Positions 1 through 11,313 of a DNA stretch of 43,299 nucleotides are shown here, in pieces. Below the pieces are notes generated by a model. The model saw nothing but the letters and a program-made list of their open reading frames with translations, did no database searches and had not been told where the DNA came from. Source of the DNA: Malacoraja senta. Its lineage: Eukaryota. Location of the stretch: the NCBI GenBank assembly GCA_038087875.1, contig JAXLNO010000330.1, forward strand, positions 1 to 43,299, given 5' to 3'. The position numbers and the translations under genes are program-made. Every line of letters begins with the position of its first letter. Positions within the stretch are counted from its first letter, which is position 1.

Positions 1-78
1 GGACTGTGTCCTTGTTACGAGTAGTGGGATGGGTAGTAAGAGCAGAGCTGCGGGATATAGAGAAGACTATGATAAGAG

Positions 79-270
79 TGCTGGAGAAACTCAGCAGGTG
101 AGGCATCATCTCTGGAGGAAAATGATGGGTGATATTTTGGGTAAGAACCCTTCTTCTATTCCATCCCAAAATCACTTGTTTCTCCAGAGATGCTGCCTGA
201 CCCACTCAGTCACTCCAGCAATGTGTCTACCTTTGGTATAAACCAGCATCTACAGGTCTTGGTTTCTACA
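79..270. mobile_element. Penelope-like (PLE) terminal repeat, fold-back pair
   Basis: TGCTGGAG-AACTCAGC...GCATC-TCTGGAG (from 79) is the imperfect inverse of CTCCAGAGATGCTGCCTGACCC-CTCAGTCACTCCAGCA (to 220). The same family is physically attached to a GIY-YIG ORF end at 6463-6773. Confidence 0.7.
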
Positions 271-631
271 TTTTACATCAGCCAGATTCAATTTCAGTTG
301 TGATAAGGTTAGGGTATCATCACTTTAGTAAAGATACATCCTTTTATTCTGACACTGTGCCCTCTGGTCCGAGACTCTCCCGCTGGTAGAAACATCCGTT
401 TAGTTCGGAGATACAGCACAGAATCAGCACAATTCCAGTTGCACCAGAAAAAAATAATTATTAAAAACCCTGGACACTTCAAATTACAACAATTGAAAGG
501 AAAAGTCAGCAGAATTAATCAAAGAAGCAAACACAATTCAGTAGAGAACGATAGTGTTCTCACCGACCTCATGCCCTGGAGATGTAGATCCACATCAGAC
601 ACAAGGGGAGACTCCCTGTCTCTACCCGGAG

Positions 632-1000
632 CACTGCTCCCATCCACAGCCCAGGACCACTGCTCCCATCCACAGCCCAGGACCACTGCTCCCATCCACA
701 GCCCAGGTCCACTGCTCCCATCCACAGCCCAGGACCACGGCTCCCATCCAAAGCCCAGGACCACTGCTCCCATCCACAGCCCAGGACCACTGCTCCCATC
801 CACAGCCCAGGACCACTGCTCCCATCCACAGCCCATGACCACTTCTCCCATCCACAGCCCAGGTCCGCTGCTCCCATCCACAGCCCAGGACCACTGCTCC
901 CATCCACAGCCCAGGACCACTGCTCCCATCCACAGCCCAGGACCACTGCTCCATCCACAGCCCAGGACCACTGCTCCCATCCACAGCCCAGGACCACTGC
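632..1000. repeat. 26-bp minisatellite (CACAGCCCAGGACCACTGCTCCCATC), ~14 copies
   Basis: Unit read directly from sequence, with few substitutions. It explains the overlapping low-complexity ORFs at 439-1044. Confidence 0.95.
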
Positions 1001-1024
1001 ACTCAGACACGCCCACAACTCCCC

Positions 1025-1076
1025 CTTTTATACACAGCAGCTGACAATTTTCTAATCAGCTTCAATCAAGCTGATT
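1025..1076 (-). promoter_or_regulatory. Possible TATA box with upstream palindrome
   Basis: Minus-strand TATAAAAG (1025-1032), E-box CAGCTG (1038-1043) and a perfect 9-bp inverted repeat AATCAGCTT-caatc-AAGCTGATT (1054-1076). Motif evidence only. Confidence 0.2.
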
Positions 1077-1231
1077 ACCACATTAACCCTTCGCCCACCA
1101 GTGGCTAATCAATGTTTGTTGCACACATCATGATATCCACCTGGGGCAGTAGTTGTCTGCAGGACAATAATTGCCCTCCGACTTGTTGCTTTTTACACAA
1201 AGTGGCTGCTTGCATTTCCTGAAGTCAGAGA

Positions 1232-1712
1232 CGACACACAGAAACAGAATTAGGCTATTCGGCCCATCGAGTCTACCCCACCATTCAATCATGGCTGATC
1301 TATCTCTCCCTCCTAACCCCATTCTCCTGCCTTCTCCCCATAACCCCTGACACCCGCACTCATCAACAATCTATCTATCTCTGCCTTAAATATATCCACT
1401 GACTTGTGGCCTCCACCGCCATCTGTGGCAATGAATCCCACAGATTCACCACCCTCTGGCTAAAGAATTTCCTCCTCATCTCCTTCCTAAAGGAAAGTCC
1501 TTTAAATCTGAGGCTGTGCCCTCTGGTCCTAGACTCTCCCACTAGTGGAAACATCCTCTCCACATCCACTCTATCCGGGCCTTTCACTGTTCGGTGACGT
1601 TTCAATGCCCCCCCCCCCCCCCAATCTTCTAAACTCCAGCGAGTACAGGCCCAGCGCCGACAAACGCTCATCGTACGTTCACCCACTCGTTCCTGGGATC
1701 GTTCTTGTAAAC
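1232..1712 (-). mobile_element. CR1 LINE 3' fragment (degraded)
   Basis: Minus-strand translation ...MFPLVGESRTRGHSLRFKGLSFRKEMRRKFFSQRVVNLWDSLP, followed by CR1 3' UTR. Confidence 0.85.
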
Positions 1713-2149
1713 GCTAACTCTTTTGTCTTGCTGATGTTGAGGGATGGATTGTTATCCTGACCATAGGTGCAGGAGTGGGCCATTCGGCCTTTCACGACAG
1801 AAGGTTCTCAATGTCTTTCCCATATTCTATCTCACCTTAGCTGCTCATGTGGCTGAAATACTGTTCTGACCAGTGGACGGACGTCTGGATCCCACTGGCC
1901 TGAGACCCGGCCACAAGTTGTGGGTGGCAAGGTCATGACCCCGAGGGACATTGGTGTCAAGGGTCACGGTGGGGGAAATGTTCTGACCAATTCTAACGTC
2001 TGAGAAGTGAATAGTGGTGATTTGTTAATTCATCATGGCTGAAGCAGGTGGGCTCACTTCTGACTAGACTTTACTGTGGACATTTAAACAGGAAAAGTAA
2101 ACTTTCTTTATTAACAATGAATGACCCAGAGAAAGGAGAATGTTACTCT

Positions 2150-2420
2150 TGGAAGTTCATAGAGTCACAGCATGGAAACAGGCCCTTCCTTCGGCCCAAC
2201 TTGCCCACCCCGACCAACATGCCCCATCTACACTTGTCCCACCCCGACCAACTTGCCCCAACTACACTAGTCCCACCTGCCCGCGTTTGGCCCATATCCC
2301 TCCAAACCTGTCCTATCCAAGTGTCTCTTAAACATTGTGATAGTCCCAGCCTCAACTACCTCCTCCAGCAGCTCATTCCATACACCCACCACCCTCTGTG
2401 TGGAAAAGTTGCCCCTCAGA
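2150..2420 (-). mobile_element. CR1/HER1-type 3' UTR fragment
   Basis: CATAGAGTCACAGCATGGAAACAGGCCCTT...CGGCCCAAC tail, homologous to the plus-strand copy at 8700-9030. Confidence 0.75.
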
Positions 2421-2498
2421 TTGACATTATTAATGTGAACCATTTGTGCACAACTCTGCTGGTGTGAGTAATAAATGAAATGATAGATAGCAAAAATA

Positions 2499-2696
2499 CA
2501 CAGTGGTGCAGCGGTAGAGTTGCTGCCTCACAGCGCCAGAGACCCGGGTTCCATCCTGAATACGGGAGCTGTCTGTACGGAGTTTGCACGTTCTCCCCGT
2601 GACCGGCGTGGATTTTCTCCGGATGCTCCGGTTTCCTTCCGCATTCCAAAGACCTGCTGGTTTGTAGGTTAATTGGCTTCTGTAAAATTTTCCCTA
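2499..2696 (+). mobile_element. HE1-type V-SINE, 5' half (split by CR1)
   Basis: tRNA-like head TGGTGCAGCGGTAGAG (A box) ... GGTTCCATCC (B-box-like), then V-domain GGAGTTTGCACGTTCTCCCCGTG. Breaks at CCCTAA where the CR1 tail starts. Confidence 0.85.
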
Positions 2697-2925
2697 ATAG
2701 AAACATAGAAACATAGAAATTAGGTGCAGGAGTAGGCCATTCGGCCCTTCGAGCCTGCACCGCCATTCAATATGATCATGGCTGATCATCCAACTCAGTA
2801 TCCCGTACCTGCCTTCTCTCCATACCCTCTGATCCCTTTAGCCACAAGGGCCACATCTAGCTCCCTCTTAAATATAGCCAATGAACTGGCCTCGACTACG
2901 CTCTGTGGCAGAGAGTTCCAGAGAT

Positions 2926-4029
2926 TCACCACACTCTGTGTGAAAAAGTTCTTCTCATCTCGGTTTTAAAGGATTTCCCCCTTATCCTTAAGCTGTGACC
3001 CCTTGTCCTGGACTTCCCCAACATGGGGAGCAATCTTCCTGCATCTAGCCTGTCCAACCCCTTAAGAATTTTGTAAGTTTCTATAAGATCCCCTCTCAAT
3101 CTCCTAAATTCTAGAGAGTATAAACCAAGTCTATCCAGTCTTTCTTCATAAGACAGTCCTGACATCCCAGGAATCAGTCTGGTGAACCTTCTCTGCACTC
3201 CCTCTATGGCAATAATGTCCTTCCTCAGATTTGGAGACCAAAACTGCACGCAATACTCCAGGTGTGGTCTCACCAAGACCCTGTACAACTGCAGTAGAAC
3301 CTCCCTGCTCCTATACTCAAATCCTTTTGCTATGAAAGCTAACATACCATTCGCTTTCTTCACTGCCTGCTGCACCTGCATGCCTACTTTCAATGACTGG
3401 TGTACCATGACACCCAGGTCTCGCTGCATCTCCCCTTTTCCTAGTCGGCCACCATTTAGAAAATAGTCTGCTTTCCTGTTTTTGCCACCAAAATGGATAA
3501 CCTCACATTTATCCACATTATACTGCATCTGCCAAACATTTGCCCACTCACCCAGCCTATCCAAGTCACCTTGCAGTCTCCTAGCATCCTCCTCACAGCT
3601 AACACTGCCCCCCAGCTTAGTGTCATCCGCAAACTTGGAGATATTGCCTTCAATTCCCTCATCCAGGTCATTAATATATATTGTAAATAGCTGGGGTCCC
3701 AGCACTGAGCCTTGCGGTACCCCACTAGTCACTGCCTGCCATTGTGAAAAGGACCCGTTTACTCCTACTCTTTGCTTCCTGTTTGCCAGCCAGTTCTCTA
3801 TCCACATCAATACTGAACCCCCAATGCCATGTGCTTTAAGTTTGTATACTAATCTCTTATGTGGGACCTTGTCGAAAGCCTTCTGGAAGTCCAGATACAC
3901 CACATCCACTGGTTCTCCCCTATCCACGCTACTAGTTACATCCTCGAAAAATTCTATAAGATTCGTCAGACACGATTTACCTTTCGTAAATCCATGCTGA
4001 CTTTGTCCAATGATTTCACCACTTTCCAA
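2926..4029 (-). pseudogene. CR1 ORF2 reverse transcriptase domain
   Basis: [46 protein letters not shown] motifs. Confidence 0.95.
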
Positions 4030-4048
4030 ATGTGCTGCTATCCCATCT

Positions 4049-5377
4049 TTAATAACTGACTAGCAGTTTCCCCACTACCGATGTTAGACTAACTGGTCTG
4101 TAATTCCCCGTTTTCTCTCTCCCTCCCTTCTTAAAAAGTGGGGTTACGTTTGCTACCCGCCAATCCTCAGGAACTACTCCAGAATCTAAAGAATTTTGAA
4201 AGATTATTACTAATGCATCCACTATTTCTGGAGCTACTTCCTTAAGTACTCTGGGATGCAGCCTATCTGGCCCTGGGGATTTATCGGCCTTTAATCCATT
4301 CAATTTACCCAAAACCACTTCCCGACTAACCTGGATTTCACTCAATTCCTCCAACTCCTTTGACCCGCGGTCCCCTGCTATTTCCGGCAGATTATTTATG
4401 TCTTCCTTAGTGAAGACGGAACCAAAGTAGTTATTCAATTGGTCCGCCATATCCTTGTTCCCCATGATCAACTCACCTGTTTCTGACTGCAAGGGACCTA
4501 CATTTGTTTTAACTAATCTCTTTCTTTTTACATATTTATAAAAACTTTTGCAGTCAGTTTTTATGTTCCCTGCCAGTTTTCTTTCATAATCTATTTTTCC
4601 TTTCCTAATTAAGCCCTTTGTCCTCCTCTGCTGGTCTCTGAATTTCTCCCAGTCCTCTGGTATGCTGCTTTTTCTGGCTAATTTGTACGCATCATCTTTC
4701 GCTTTGATACCATCCCTGATTTCCCTTGTTTTCCACGGATGCACTACCTTCCCTGATTTATTCTTTTGCCAAACTGGGATGCACAATTTTTGTAGTTCAT
4801 CCATGCAGTCTTTAAATGTCTTCCATTGCATGTCCACCGTCAACCCTTTTAGAATTAATTGCCAGTCAATCATGGCCAATTCATGTCTCATACCCTCAAA
4901 GTTACCTTTCTTTAAGTTCAGAACCATTGTTTCTGAATTAACAATGTCACTCTCCATCCTAATGAAGAACTCAACCATATTATGGTCACTCTTGCCCAAG
5001 GGGGCACGTACAACAAGACTGCTAACTAACCCTTCCTCATTACTCAATACCCAGTCTAAAATAGCCTGCTCTCTCGTTGGTTCCTCTACATGTTGATTTA
5101 GATAACTATCCCGCATACATTCCAAGAAATCCTCTTCCTCAGCACCCCTGCCAATTTGATTCACCCAATCTATATGTAGATTGAAGTCACCCATTATAAC
5201 TGTTTTGCCTTTGTCGCACGCATTTCTAATTTCCTGTTTGATGCCATCCCCAACTTCGCTACTACTGCTAGGTGGCCTGTACACAACACCCACCAGCGTT
5301 TTCTGCCCCTTAGTGTTTCGCAACTCTACCCATACCGATTCCACATCCTCCAAGCTAATGTCCTTCCTTTCCACTGC
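4049..5377 (-). pseudogene. CR1 ORF2 APE endonuclease C-part and tether
   Basis: GVVYRPP, IMGDFN, LGKSDH, KSPGPD.LHP, NYRPVSLTS. A frameshift at ~4050 (KLLVSY* instead of KLLESVIKD) separates it from the RT. Confidence 0.93.
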
Positions 5378-5474
5378 GTGTAGGATGGAGCTAGTATACG
5401 GGGTGATCACTGGTCGGCGATGACTCGATGTGCCGAAGGGCCTGTTTCCGTGCAGTATCCCTAAAATCTAAACA
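5378..5474 (+). mobile_element. HE1-type V-SINE, 3' half
   Basis: GTGTAGGAT...GGGGTGATCACTGGTCGGCG...CCGAAGGGCCTGTTTCC...TAAAATCTAAAC continues the SINE broken at 2696. Confidence 0.85.
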
Positions 5475-6462
5475 ATACCCGGTGACATGGCCTCCACCGC
5501 CCTCTGTGGCAATGAATTCCAGATTCACCACCCTCCGGCTAAAGAAATTCCTCCTCATCTCCTTTATAAAGGCATGAGTGGGAAAGGCAGTGAGGGTGAG
5601 GGGCCAGACGTGGGCATGTGGGACTAGCTTCGATAGGCATGGCTGTGTGTTTCTGTGATGTGGGACTGACGGGGCTACACAGGGTAGTAGTTTGATGCTT
5701 CAGCCTGCAGCAACCCAGGAGAACTGTGTTCCAGATGTTTCATTAGTTTGTTGTTCTGCACATCGATCGGGAGACGATGAAATCGCCCGTTCACACGCAG
5801 CCGCCAGAGCAAACAGTGTACATACAGTGATGACAAACGCAATAAATGCAATATCCAGTGCAGAACAGTGCAAGATTGTGTTGCAGAAAGCCCGGGGTTG
5901 CACGGACGAGAGGGGCCGAAGGGCCTGTCGCCGGGCAGGGCGACCACCGACGCTGTCCGTGTGGAGTTTGCTCGCTTCCCCCTCCGTGGTGGACCGGATG
6001 CGGGTCGGGGCAGGGGAGACGAGCTCAACCTTCCAAGCCTCAATCCAAGCTCAGCCTTCTTCCCGCGCATCCTAGCCCCGACGGGCCGAGTGCCGCCGCC
6101 TTCCTCCCCGGACAACAACCGAGGGGAAAAACACAGACGAAACTTCTTCCAACCACGCGAATCCCTCAGGGAATGCCCCTGTCCTGTCCTGTCTTTGAAA
6201 TCAAGCCGTCACAATTGTGCACGATCAGGCAGCATTATCCTTTTTTTAATATATAGATAAAAGCTGATCAAGTTCAAGTTGGTATTTATTGTCACATGTA
6301 CCAATTATGGTACAGTGATATTTGAGTTACCATACAGCTATACTGAGTAAAAAGCAACAAGACACACAGCCACATAAAATAAAATCTAACATAAACATCC
6401 ACACAGCGGAATCACATTGAATGGCGGTGATGGCTGGAAGGGCCAAAGTTCTCACCACGGAT

Positions 6463-6773
6463 GGCTGACCTGCTGAGTACTACCGGCACTTTGGAGGGGA
6501 ATGGACAGGCGACGTGTCGGGTCTGGACCCTTCTTTGGGCTGATGGAGTCGGGGGAGAAAGCTGGAAAAAAGAGATGCGGTTGGGACAGACTCCAGGACT
6601 TGATTAGGAGGGGGAAGTTTCCTTAATTTGAATGTCATTGGGCTGTAAGCTATGAGGTACTGTTCCTCCAGTTTGCGTGCCACCTCACTCTGGCAATGGA
6701 GGAGGCCCAGGACAGAAACATCAGTGTGGGAGTAGGAAGGGGAGTTAAAATGGTTGGGAACCGGGAGATCCAG
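6463..6773 (-). mobile_element. Penelope-like element 3' fragment (GIY-YIG endonuclease end plus terminal repeat)
   Basis: Minus translation LDLPVPNHFNSPSYSHTDVSVLGLLHCQSEVARKLEEQYLI matches the PLE GIY-YIG C-terminus (H-F-N...LE..LI). It is followed by a degenerate GAAGGGTC..GACCCGA.ACGTC terminal motif. Confidence 0.8.
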
Positions 6774-6774
6774 T

Positions 6775-8205
6775 TCTGACCTTCTCCATAATTATATTGA
6801 AACTAATGGTATTGTGATCACTGGACCCGAAGTGCTCCCCAACACATACCTCCGTCAACTGACCTGTCTCATTTCCTAACAGGAGGTCCAGCACTGCCCC
6901 TTCTCTAGTAGGTACCTCTATGTATTGCTGCAAAAAACTATCCTGCACACATTTTACAAACTCCAAACCATCCAGCCCTTTTACAGAATATGTTTTCCCA
7001 GTCTATGTGACCCGTTAATCCCTACTCTGTGTTTCCTGTCTGCCAACCAATTTTCTATCTATGTCAGCACTCTACCCCCAATACCCTATGCCCTAAATTA
7101 CCTACATGCTTACTTTCAGTCACTGAGGACCACGTTGTACCTCCACATTTCCCAACTTGACACCATTTAGATAATAATCTACCTCACATTTATCCACATT
7201 AAACCGCATCTGCCATGCATCTGCCCACTCCCCCAACCTGTCCAAGTAACCCTGCATTCTCATAGCATCCTCCTCGCAGTTCACACTGCCACCCAGCTTT
7301 GTGTCATCTGCAAATTTGCTAATGTTACTTTTAAATCTCTTCATTGATGTATATGGTAAATAGCTGCGGTCCCAGCACCGAGCCTTGCGGCACCCCACTA
7401 GTCACTGCCTGCCATTCTGAAAGGGACCCGTTAATCCCTACTCTGTGTTTCCTGTCTGCCAACCAATTTTCTATCTATGTCAGCACTTACCCCCAATACC
7501 CTATGCCCTAAATTTGCCCACTAATCTCCTATGTGGGACCTTATCAAATGCTTTCTGAAAGTCCAGGCACACTACATCCACTGGCTCTCCCTTGTCCATT
7601 TTCCTAGTTACATCCTCAAAAATTTCCAGAAGATTAGTCAAACATGATTTCCCCTTTGTAAATCCATGCTGACTCGGACCGATCCTGTTACTGCTATCAA
7701 AATATGCGGCTATTTCATCTTTTATAATTGACCAGCATCTTCCCCACCACCGATGTCAGGCTAACTGGTCTATAATTCCGTTTTCTCTCTCCCGCCTTTC
7801 TTAAAAAGTGGGGTAACATTAGCTACCCTCCAATCCACAGCAACTGATCCTGAATCTATGGAACATTGGAAAATGATCACCAATGCGTCCACAATTTCTA
7901 GAGCCACTTCCTTAAGTGCTCTGGGATGCAGACCATCAGGCCCTGGGGATTTATCATCCTTCAGTCCCATCAGTCTATCCAACACCATTTCCTGCCTAAT
8001 GTGGATTTCCTTCAGTTCCTCCGTCACCCCAGATCCTCTGGCCACTAGTACATCAGGAAGATTGTTTGTGTCCTCCTTAGTGAAGACGGATCCAAAGTAA
8101 ATGTTCAACTCATCTGCCATTTCCTTGTTCCCCATAATAAATTCACCTTTTTCAGTCTTCAAGAGTCCAACTTTGCTCTTAACTAATGATTTCCTCTTCA
8201 CGTAC
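6775..8205 (-). mobile_element. Rearranged, internally deleted CR1 fragments
   Basis: Tether (KSPGPDGLHP), RT (FADDTKLGG) and EN (LDLLLGNETGQ...GSSDH) pieces, with EN downstream of RT. A ~90-bp segment is duplicated at 7009-7099 and 7425-7514. Confidence 0.85.
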
Positions 8206-8214
8206 GTAAAGAAG

Positions 8215-8700
8215 GAACAGCAGATGCCGGTTTACAAAGAGAGACACAATCTCCTGGAGTAACTTGCACATCTGGAGAGCATGGACAGGCAACATTCTAG
8301 GTCAGGACCCTTCTTCAGACTGCTTGGTGTGGGGGGTGGAGAAAGTTGGAAAGGAGAGGAGGGAGTGGTCGCATTAGATTCCCTTCCCTCTACAGATGCG
8401 GCCTGACCTACTGAGTTCCTCCACTGCTTTAGAGGGAAAGGACAGACGACGTTTTGAGTCAGGACCCTTCTTCAGACTGAGTGGAGAGGGTGGGGGGAGG
8501 AAGCTGGAAAAGAGAGATGGGGGCTGGACAAAGCCTGGCAAGTGACAGGTGGACACAAAATGATGTGTAACTCAGCGGGACAGGCAGCATCTCTAGAGAG
8601 AAGGAATGGTTGACGTTTCAGGTTGAGGCCCTTCTTCAGAAGTGATAGGTGGATATAGGTGATACTGCAGAAGCTGGAATCTTGCATAGAACACAATTTA
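8215..8700. mobile_element. Cluster of Penelope terminal-repeat fragments in mixed orientation
   Basis: Three minus-strand ...GACGTTT..GGTC.GGACCCTTCTTCAGA-like motifs (~8295-8320, ~8445-8478, ~8610-8640) plus GATGC.GCCTGACC arms. Confidence 0.7.
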
Positions 8701-9030
8701 GTTAGATGCACAGAATATCTTGCCCAGAGTGGGGGGGGGGGGATCGAGGACCAGAGGACATGGGTTCAAGGTGAAGGGGAAAAGATTTAAAAGGAAACTG
8801 AGGGGTAACTTGTTCACACAGAGGGTGGTGGGAGTATGGAACAACCTGTCGGAGGAGGCAGTTGAGGCTGTGACTATCCCAAGAAACAGTTAGACAGTTA
8901 CATGGACAGGACAAGTTTGGAGGGATATGGACCAAACACAGGCAGGTGGGTCTAGTGTAGCTGGGACACGTTAGTCGGTGTGGGCAAGTTGGGCCGAAGG
9001 GACTGTTTCCACACTGTATCACTCTATGAC
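8700..9030 (+). mobile_element. CR1/HER1 3' end
   Basis: RTRGHGFKVKGKRFKRKLRGNLFTQRVV-type coding tail, then GGGCCGAAGGGACTGTTTCCACACTGTATCACTCTATGAC. Confidence 0.85.
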
Positions 9031-9036
9031 TAACAT

Positions 9037-9297
9037 AGAGTGCAGGAGTAACTCAGCGGGTCAGGCAGCATCTGTGGAGAACATGGATAGGTGACATTCA
9101 CAGAGTGCTGGAGTAACTCAGCGGGTCAGTCAGCATCTGTGGAGAACATGGATAGGTGACATTTCAGAGTGCTGGAGTAACTCAGCGCGACAGGCAGCAT
9201 CTCTGGAGACAAGGAATGGGTGACGTTTCAGGTCGACACTGAAGATGGGTCTCGACCCTGAAACGTTACCCATTTCTTCCAGCATTTTGTGTCTACC
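9037..9297. mobile_element. Three tandem ~65-bp Penelope terminal units plus one inverted unit
   Basis: Units start at 9037, 9102 and 9166 (AGAGTGC.GGAGTAACTCAGC...GGTGAC.TT). An inverted copy follows at 9239-9297. Confidence 0.8.
9239..9271 (+). ncRNA. Minimal type I hammerhead-like motif (decayed)
   Basis: CTGAAGA-T-GGGTC-TC-GACCC-T-GAAA-CG-TT: core CUGANGA and GAAA, 5-bp stem II, palindromic ACGT stem III. There is an extra T before GAAA. Confidence 0.5.
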
Positions 9298-9307
9298 TAA
9301 ACAGCCC

Positions 9308-11214
9308 CTATCTATCCACATGGCGGTGTGCCAGCAGGCTGGAGGAGCGGGCAAAGATCTTGCTGCAGAGCTAGCAGGTGAAGGGGCGCTGGCCGGTGTG
9401 GACTCGTCGGTGCTCCAGCAGGTGGTCAAGGCGGGTGAAACCCTTGGCACACTCAGCGCAAACATAAGGTCTCTCTCCGGTGTGTAACCGCTGGTGCTCC
9501 CGCAGCCCCCGTGCTCTCTTGTCGCAGTGGGAGCAGCTGCTCGCCGGCGTGGGTCCGCCGGTGCTGCCGCAACCCCCGCGAGCTGTCAAACTCCTCACCG
9601 CAGTACGGGCAGTCGTAGGGCTGGCCACCGGTGTGCACGCACTGGTCAGACAGGGCGTGGGAGGCCATGGTAAAGCGCTCTCCACACACCGGGCTGGGGA
9701 CGGGACGGTCGCCGGTGTGCACCCGCTGGTGGCACAGCAGTCTGGTGGAGCTGGCGAAGCCCTTGCCGCATTGGGCGCAGGTGTATGGGTGCTCGCCGGT
9801 GTGGGTGCGCTGGTGGGACAGCAGGTGGCTGGAGCGGATGAAGCCCTTGTCGCAGTAGCTGCAGGTGAAGGGGCGCTCGCCGGTGTGGGTGCGCTGGTGG
9901 GACCGCAGGCTGCTGGAGCTGGTGAAACCCTTGCCGCACTGGACGCAGGTGTAGGGGCGCTCGCCAGTGTGGGTGCGCTGGTGCTTCAGCAGGGTGCCGG
10001 AGAGGGCGAAACCCTTGCGCACTGAGCGCAGGAGAAGGGGCGCTCGCCGGTGTGGGTGCGCTGGTGGGACAGCAGGTGGCTGGACCAGATGAAGCCCTTG
10101 TCGCAGTAGCTGCAGGTGTAGGGACGCTCGCCGGTGTGGGTGCGCTGGTGGAACAGCAGGTGGCTGGAGCAGATGAAGCCCTTGCCGCAGTAGCTGCAGG
10201 TGTAGGGACGCTCGCCGGTGTGAGTGCGCTGGTGGGACCGCAGGCTGCTGGAGCTGGTGAAACTCTTGCCGCACTGGACGCAGGTGTAGGGGCGCTCGCC
10301 GGTGTGGGTGCGCTGGTGCCTCAGCAGTCTGCCGGAGAGGGTGAAACCCTTGCCGCACTGGGCGCAGGTGAAGGGGCGCTCGCCGGTGTGGGTGCGCTGA
10401 TGTGACAGCAGGTGACTGGTCTGGGTGAAGCCCTTGCCACACTGGACGCAGGTGTAGGGGCGCTCACCGGTGTGGGTGCGCTGGTGCCTCAGCAGTCTGC
10501 CGGAGAGGGTGAAACCCTTGCCGCACTGGGCGCAGGTGAAGGGGCGCTCGCCGGTGTGGGTGCGCTGATGTGACAGCAGGTGACTGGTCTGGGTGAAGCC
10601 CTTGCCACACTGGACGCAGGTGTAGGGGCGCTCACCGGTGTGAGTGCGCTGGTGCCTCAGCAGTCTGCCGGAGAGGGTGAAACCCTTGCCGCACTGGGCG
10701 CAGGTGTGGGGCCGCTCCCCGGTGTGCACACGCCTGTGCACCTTCAGGTCCAGCGACGACTTGAAGCCTTTGCCGCAGTCGGAGCAGGTGAAGGGCCGCT
10801 CACTGCTGTGCACCCGCCGGTGGTTCCTCAGCCCCGACAACCAGGCAAAGTTCTTGCCGCAGGTGCCGCAGCAATAGGGCTTCTCGCCAGTGTGAACCCG
10901 CTGGTGCATCTTCAGCTGTTTCGCCATCTTGAAGCTCTTTTCGCACTCCGAGCCGTCGAAGGGGCGTTCTCCCGTGTGAACCCGCCGGTGGATGTCCAGC
11001 CGGCTCGGGCACCGCCAGGCCTTGCCACACACGTCACACTCATAACGCTTCTCCTTGTTGTGCCCCGTCATGTGGTCCCCCATCGAATCTCAGCCCCTCG
11101 AAGCTCAGCCCACACACCGAGCAGATGGGGGGGGGGGGGCTCACCGGCACCCTGGCCGCCCTCAATGGCCGCTCATGTCCCCGTCTCTCTGTCCACAGCA
11201 ACGGCTCCTAAACC
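9308..11214 (-). pseudogene. Multi-finger C2H2 zinc-finger exon (~21 fingers), disrupted as assembled
   Basis: Repeated C-x2-C-x12-H-x3-H with TGERP linkers over three frames. Acceptor TGTGTTCCCCTCCTGCAG (AG at 11216-11215). Frameshifts near 11130, 11086, 10018 and 9540; in-frame TAG at 9371-9373; final stop at 9308-9310. Confidence 0.9.
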
Positions 11215-11313
11215 CTGCAGGAGGGGAACACAGTGGGTCAACAAGCTGGTAAACAGGACATTACTAGCACATTTTGGGTGCATTTATGGCGGAGGAAACC
11301 GTTATATAATTCT

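Larger units (their letters stand above)
2697..5377 (-). mobile_element. CR1 LINE, 5'-truncated, ~2.7 kb, young
   Basis: (TTTCTATG)n-type tail at 2697-2718. RT and partial APE endonuclease ORFs are interrupted only by short indels. Confidence 0.97.

Noticed and set aside
439-1044. Several 100-200 aa ORFs on both strands
   Set aside because: Translations of the 26-bp minisatellite.
2499-2580. tRNA genes at A/B-box motifs
   Set aside because: Boxes are SINE heads continuing into the V-domain; no cloverleaf 3' half.
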